DNA of 64,000 bases from Salisapilia sapeloensis CBS 127946. Taxonomy: Eukaryota > Protista > Oomycota. The notes beneath the pieces were generated by a model. That model was not told the origin of the DNA. It saw only the letters and a program-made list of their open reading frames with translations, and searched no databases. Within the stretch, counting starts at the first letter, position 1; every line of letters starts with the position of its first letter. Below are positions 58,152 to 64,000 of the stretch, one piece after another. Where the stretch lies: contig JAADVB010000082.1 in NCBI GenBank assembly GCA_023334545.1, positions 1 to 64,000 on the forward strand. Reading direction: 5' to 3'. A program made the translations under genes and the position numbers.

Positions 58152-59669
58152 ATGTCGACCGCCGAATCCATTGCTGGGGACCTCGTTGTCCTTCGAAAGT
58201 CCTTCCAGTCTGGCGCGACTCGGGACTTTAAGACTCGACAAGAGGTTCTGTCCAATCTCCAGCGGATGCTCGTCAAGGAGAAGGCTACGCTCAATGAAGC
58301 TCTGTACAAGGATCTGCATCGACATCCGACCGAGGGCTTCCTCATGGACACCAACGTCGTCTTGGCTGAGATCCAGCAGCACTTGGACTATATGGAGGAG
58401 TGGGGCGCGCCGGAACGCGTGTGGACCAACCTGCCCAACTGGCCCGGCTGGTCCTACATTCACAAGGATCCACTGGGCGTCGTCTGCGTCATAGGCACTT
58501 GGAACTGCCCTCTCAACGTCACACTCACGCCCATGGTCGGCGCCGTAGCTGCTGGTAATTGCGTCCTCTTGCGTCTACCCCTCCAAGGCACGAGTGACCA
58601 CACCAACGAGCTCCTGGCCACGCTCTTGCTCAAGTACCTTGGTAACCGCTACGTTCGGGTCGTCCGAGGCGACGCAGACGTGACGCATCTCGTGCTCAAG
58701 CAAAAGTTCGACCTGATCTTTTGCACGGGTGGACAGGAGCTAGGAAAGATGGTGGCACGTGCGGCCGCCGAGACGCTGACGCCGACGGTGCTGGAGCTAG
58801 GCGGCAAGTGTCCGACCATCGTCGACGGGTCCTTTAGTCTGGACGTGACTGCGAGGCGAGTGGCGATGGGGAGGTTCATGAACGCCGGTCAGATCTGCAT
58901 GTGTCCAGACTACGTTCTCGTCCACTCTTCCGTCGGAGATGAGCTGATTAACAAGTTGAAGAGAGTGCTGGAGGTGTTCTTTGGAGAAAACCCGCAGGAG
59001 AGTGATAGCTACTGTAGGTTGATTCATGAAAGAGCCTTCGATCGGATTACTAGTCTAGTGGAAACGGATAAAAAGTTTGTCGTGCATGGAGGCGACGGTG
59101 ATAGGCGAGACAAGTACGTCGCGCCGACGATCGTGAACTTTGGTAAGGACTGGGACGCCTTCGAGCAGAGCGCGAGTATGCAGTCCGAGATCTTCGGCCC
59201 GGTGCTCCCGGTCGTCTACTATGACGACCTGGACCAGGCGCTGGACTTTATTAACAAGAGAGACAAGCCACTAGCTCTATACGCTTTTACGTCGATCAAA
59301 GCGACTCGAACGCGAGTGCTGTCCGAGACGTCATCCGGCGGCGTCGTGATCAACGACTGTTTGGTGCATTTTACGAATTTCAACCTCCCGTTCGGAGGCG
59401 TGGGCGAGTCTGGCATGGGCAGCTACCATGGCAAGTTCAGCTACGACGCCTTTACGCACAAGCGAGCGGTGCTGTACAAGTACGCCGCTCTGGACGTCCG
59501 CCATCGCTACCTTCCGTACGACAAGGAGAAAGAGACGGTGATCAAGCTCCTGCTGAAGCCAGTGCCGATGAACGTGACGGTGTTGTTGCAAGCAGCCGTG
59601 TACTCGTTCCTCCTGTGCTTCATTGCGCTTGCCTTTGCTCCGTTGGCCGAGCAGTACGGATACGTCTAA
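58152..59669 (+). CDS. Aldehyde dehydrogenase, ALDH3/fatty-aldehyde dehydrogenase type, C-terminal TM
   Basis: DPLGVVCVIGTWN, IFCTGG, LELGGKCP, FMNAGQICMCPDY (catalytic Cys), EIFGPVLP, PFGGVGESGMGSYHGK; hydrophobic tail. Confidence 0.95.
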   Translation: MSTAESIAGDLVVLRKSFQSGATRDFKTRQEVLSNLQRMLVKEKATLNEALYKDLHRHPTEGFLMDTNVVLAEIQQHLDYMEEWGAPERVWTNLPNWPGWSYIHKDPLGVVCVIGTWNCPLNVTLTPMVGAVAAGNCVLLRLPLQGTSDHTNELLATLLLKYLGNRYVRVVRGDADVTHLVLKQKFDLIFCTGGQELGKMVARAAAETLTPTVLELGGKCPTIVDGSFSLDVTARRVAMGRFMNAGQICMCPDYVLVHSSVGDELINKLKRVLEVFFGENPQESDSYCRLIHERAFDRITSLVETDKKFVVHGGDGDRRDKYVAPTIVNFGKDWDAFEQSASMQSEIFGPVLPVVYYDDLDQALDFINKRDKPLALYAFTSIKATRTRVLSETSSGGVVINDCLVHFTNFNLPFGGVGESGMGSYHGKFSYDAFTHKRAVLYKYAALDVRHRYLPYDKEKETVIKLLLKPVPMNVTVLLQAAVYSFLLCFIALAFAPLAEQYGYV

Positions 59670-59798
59670 GGCAAATGTAGCCAAGTCCAAAGTTGTCGTG
59701 TTTTCCGTTGTCTTGTTGTGAGTGGCATTGTATAGCTTATCGTCTTCTTCCGTCCAGCGCAAGTGGCTGCATCCATCGACTGCGCTTGTCTGTGCGTC

Positions 59799-61200
<1,402 letters not shown>

Positions 61201-61258
61201 GTAGACAAGTACGAGGTAAAGCAAAAGTTTCTTTTCAATTCGGTCGATTCGTCTCGAG

Positions 61259-63568
61259 TTACGAGCAGCTAGCTGCTAAGAGTGCGACGTGGGCCTTGAC
61301 GACACTGGCCGTCTGCTCCACTGCTAGACGGTCTTCCGCTGCTTGGACCCAGTCCTTGGCGAGGGAAGCAGAGACACCCGTGAGGCTCTTCATCTCGGTC
61401 ACAGCAGCATCAACGTCTCCTGCCTTGAGCGCATACTCTGCTCGAGAGAATACAGCGTCTGCGTCTTGCCCGTCGATCGGACCTCCCGGCGGGATCACGA
61501 GGTAGGAGAGTGCGGCACCAGTCATCTGTCCTAGGATGCCACTGCCTTCCGGCGCGAGAGAAGCACGTCTCGCAGCCTTCTTGACGACTCGGAAGCGGTC
61601 CTGCAGCTGACTAACGGACGCTGCTCCGTCCTGAATGACGGAAGGAGAGAGGGACTGGATGGCCGCGGCGATGAAAGGGTCTTGCTTCCCTGCATCCCGG
61701 AGGGCCTTGACCTCGTTTTGAAGCGGTTTGGCTGCTTCGAGACGGTTGGAGAGCGCCATAGCCGCGACAGAGGCTTGGTGCACTTGATGGCTAAAGGCTT
61801 CGTACATGGAGCTCGAGTCCAAGACGTCGTGGAGCGCCCGGAGTTCATCTTGATAGGCTTGTAGCTGCTTGGTACGCTCCTGACGCTCCCGAGTGACAGC
61901 TTGTAGCATCTCTTGTTGTTTCTGCTCCAGCTCTTTCTTTAAATGCGCTTCGAGACCCTCTTGCTCCTTGGTAAAAGCTTTTCGAAGACGATCGAGAAGC
62001 TTCTGACGTTCCGTTTCTAAATCCTTTTGCAATTGAAGCGCATAGTCTTTCTCTAGTTGCTGGATCTGAGACTCGAGTTTCGCTTGGAGCTCCTGGCGTT
62101 GAGATTCCAACGCGCGTTTTTCATGCTGCGCGTGGAGAGCATGCTGCTCTTCTAAGACGTGCCCAGTGCTCTTGTGCGTCTCGTCCTGGATCGAAGACAA
62201 GGCGTCTTGGAGACGAAGAGATTCCCATTGAGCACGGTGCTTCATCTCGGTCGCGAGCTGCGCCACGCGGACGACGAGAGAGGAGCGTTCAAGGCTGTCG
62301 ATGCCCTCGAGATACTGCTTGTCGATGTCCTTGTGGACGTCTTGAGCCTGCTTCTGCATCTCTTCGAGGACCTGGCGGGTGGAAGAGCGTAGTTGCTGCT
62401 CGATTTTGGACTTGAGGACTTCTGGGTTGGACTCAACAGAGAGTTTATCGAGCTCTTGGTCGGTGTACGTGTAGTCATCGGGGACGGACGCAGAGTTCTC
62501 GACTAAGACCATGCGGCCGTCTTCTTCCGAGATGGTGTGGTGGTAGTCCCACTTTTCCTTCTTCTTCTCTCCGTTCGGAAGCGTCGTGACCTTGGTGCGT
62601 TTCGTGTACACCTTTGTCTTTCCGTCCTCGACCTTGGTCACGGTTTCCTCCTTGACCTTGCTCTTTTCGCCCTTCTTCTTTTCTTCCTTGGCTCTCTTCT
62701 TTTCCTCCTTGGCCTTTTTCTTTTCTTCCTTTTCCTTGGCCTTCTTCTCCTCCTTTTCTTTCTTTTCCGGATCGTCCTTGTCCTCCTTCTTATCCTTGTC
62801 GTCCTTCTTTTCTTTCTTCTTTTCTTTCTTCTCTTCCTTTTTGTCTTTTTCTTCCTTGTCTTTTTTCTTTTCTTTCTTCTCGTCCTTGTCTTTCTTTTCC
62901 TTTTTGTCCTCCTTGTCTTTCTTTTCTTTCTTCTCATCCTTTTTGTCTTCCTTGTCTTTCTTTTCTTTCTTTTCCTTCTTTTCCTCCTTCTTGTCCTTCT
63001 TGTCCTTCTTGTCCTTCTTGTCCTTCTTGTCGTCCTTGTCGTCCTTGGCCTTGGCGTCCGTCTTTTGACCGTTCGAGATAGCAGCACTGAGTTGCTCTGG
63101 CGTCTTGGACTCATCCACCTTCTTCTCCGGCGTCTTGGGCGAACCGGTGACGCTTGCGACCACGTCGCTATGCTTGACGGACTCCACAACTGAATTCAGC
63201 TTGTCTGCTGCGCTCGGCTGGGACTTGACGAGCTCTCGGAACTGTTCCCACTGTTCGTTCCCTTTCAGCTGCTCGGGGTTCCAGCTCGGGTTCTGACGGA
63301 CGTAGATGGCTGCACCGGCCGGCGCTGACAGTGCCGTCAGCAACAGCAGCTTGCCCAGTCCACTGCCACCACTGGAAGACTCTTCTACCGGCGGGGGAAG
63401 CTCCTTTTGCCACTTACCTCCTTCCACTTCGCCAGCCTTGCTCGGCGTCTTGCTGCTCTCCGGGACTTTGTCGTTGCTCTTATTCGATAGGAATCTGCGT
63501 GTGCTGCTCTTGGTCGAAGCCATAGCACGAACGGCAGCTCGGGGCTTGCTGCGTAGCATCATGATCAC
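61259..63568 (-). CDS. MIC60: MICOS subunit Mic60/mitofilin with a long K/D/E-rich insertion
   Basis: Arg/Ser-rich presequence, single TM (LGKLLLLTALSAPAGAAIYV), long coiled coil, mitofilin C-terminus (LQDRF..V, GILGQ, FSRAEYAL..GD...AV.EM..L.G...DW...A..RL). Confidence 0.88.
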   Translation of the reverse strand: MIMMLRSKPRAAVRAMASTKSSTRRFLSNKSNDKVPESSKTPSKAGEVEGGKWQKELPPPVEESSSGGSGLGKLLLLTALSAPAGAAIYVRQNPSWNPEQLKGNEQWEQFRELVKSQPSAADKLNSVVESVKHSDVVASVTGSPKTPEKKVDESKTPEQLSAAISNGQKTDAKAKDDKDDKKDKKDKKDKKDKKEEKKEKKEKKDKEDKKDEKKEKKDKEDKKEKKDKDEKKEKKKDKEEKDKKEEKKEKKKEKKDDKDKKEDKDDPEKKEKEEKKAKEKEEKKKAKEEKKRAKEEKKKGEKSKVKEETVTKVEDGKTKVYTKRTKVTTLPNGEKKKEKWDYHHTISEEDGRMVLVENSASVPDDYTYTDQELDKLSVESNPEVLKSKIEQQLRSSTRQVLEEMQKQAQDVHKDIDKQYLEGIDSLERSSLVVRVAQLATEMKHRAQWESLRLQDALSSIQDETHKSTGHVLEEQHALHAQHEKRALESQRQELQAKLESQIQQLEKDYALQLQKDLETERQKLLDRLRKAFTKEQEGLEAHLKKELEQKQQEMLQAVTRERQERTKQLQAYQDELRALHDVLDSSSMYEAFSHQVHQASVAAMALSNRLEAAKPLQNEVKALRDAGKQDPFIAAAIQSLSPSVIQDGAASVSQLQDRFRVVKKAARRASLAPEGSGILGQMTGAALSYLVIPPGGPIDGQDADAVFSRAEYALKAGDVDAAVTEMKSLTGVSASLAKDWVQAAEDRLAVEQTASVVKAHVALLAASCS
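62680..63050 (-). repeat. Coding low-complexity repeat (DKK/EKK units; (CTTGTCCTT)n on +)
   Basis: ttgtccttcttgtccttcttgtcc... at ~62990-63048, embedded in a pyrimidine-only tract on the + strand. Confidence 0.9.
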
Positions 63569-63735
63569 GTAGCTCTCCGCCTCTCGTTCAGATCTCGATC
63601 GATGCCGTGTATATGGTCGCTATTTAGTTTCTAGAACTAGTTTACTATCTCAAAGATAAAACTACACCTTTGACACGATATTCGACAACGAAATGATCAA
63701 ATGCAATTGACTTGGCTTTTGTATACTGCAAGAAA

Positions 63736-64000
63736 CTAGACTTTGGTAGGGAAGCGACGTGCATGGTTGACTTGCATTTGCATCTGAGCGATCTCGTGGT
63801 GGATGTAGAGGTGGGAGGACTTGCGACTCTTCTTGCGTTGGCGTAGAGCTGTCTTGGCTTCATTCTCGAGCGCGTCGTATTTGGCGCGGAGATGCTGACA
63901 TTGGGTCTTGCAACGAGAGACGTCCTGAGATGCACGCTCTGTGGCTTGATTCTGATAGCGATGGAGTGTTGAGTCGAAATGAGCTTGTCTTTTTTGTCGC
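63736..64000 (-). CDS. 3' end of a hypothetical coiled-coil protein gene running off the window
   Basis: Open frame from the window edge: RQKRQAHFDSTLHRYQ...KYDALENEAKTALRQRKK...RRFPTKV*. Family unknown. Confidence 0.4.
   Translation of the reverse strand, partial: RQKRQAHFDSTLHRYQNQATERASQDVSRCKTQCQHLRAKYDALENEAKTALRQRKKSRKSSHLYIHHEIAQMQMQVNHARRFPTKV

Noticed and set aside
62537-63193. Leu/Phe-rich 'membrane protein' and Arg/Thr-rich ORFs
   Set aside because: Other frames of the Mic60 K/D/E repeat.

Overview
Eukaryotic, gene-dense window with short GT-AG introns, most consistent with an oomycete (stramenopile). This assignment is inferred from gene families: START-FYVE expansion, oomycete-type bZIP, C-x4-C...C-x2-HGG zinc-finger repeats, and a membrane-anchored GH1. 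Left part (0.6-18.3 kb): a ~5 kb inverted duplication, each arm carrying a P450 pseudogene and two START-FYVE genes, encloses a fifth START-FYVE gene and a double-module sterol-glucosyltransferase-like gene; a GH1 beta-glucosidase follows. 24-42.4 kb and 52.7-64 kb are very compact housekeeping blocks: PX protein, methyltransferase, OST48, Sec6, CPSF30-YTH, Prp18, eIF2B-beta, NCA2, VOC, bZIP, GOLD coiled-coil, Zn-finger, Myb-like, XPC/Rad4, CEP44, ALDH3, AGC kinase, Mic60. Between them (42.4-52 kb) is a repeat-derived zone with an SDR gene, a decayed LINE, and a ~3 kb AT-rich island. The island contains a LINE endonuclease fossil that becomes recognisable when G-to-A changes are reverted. It appears to carry a strand-coordinated, TC/CC-context deamination signature that flips strand mid-island, which is the most unusual signal here. 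No rRNA, tRNA or CRISPR array was recognised. Exon boundaries and counts were derived by hand and are approximate.
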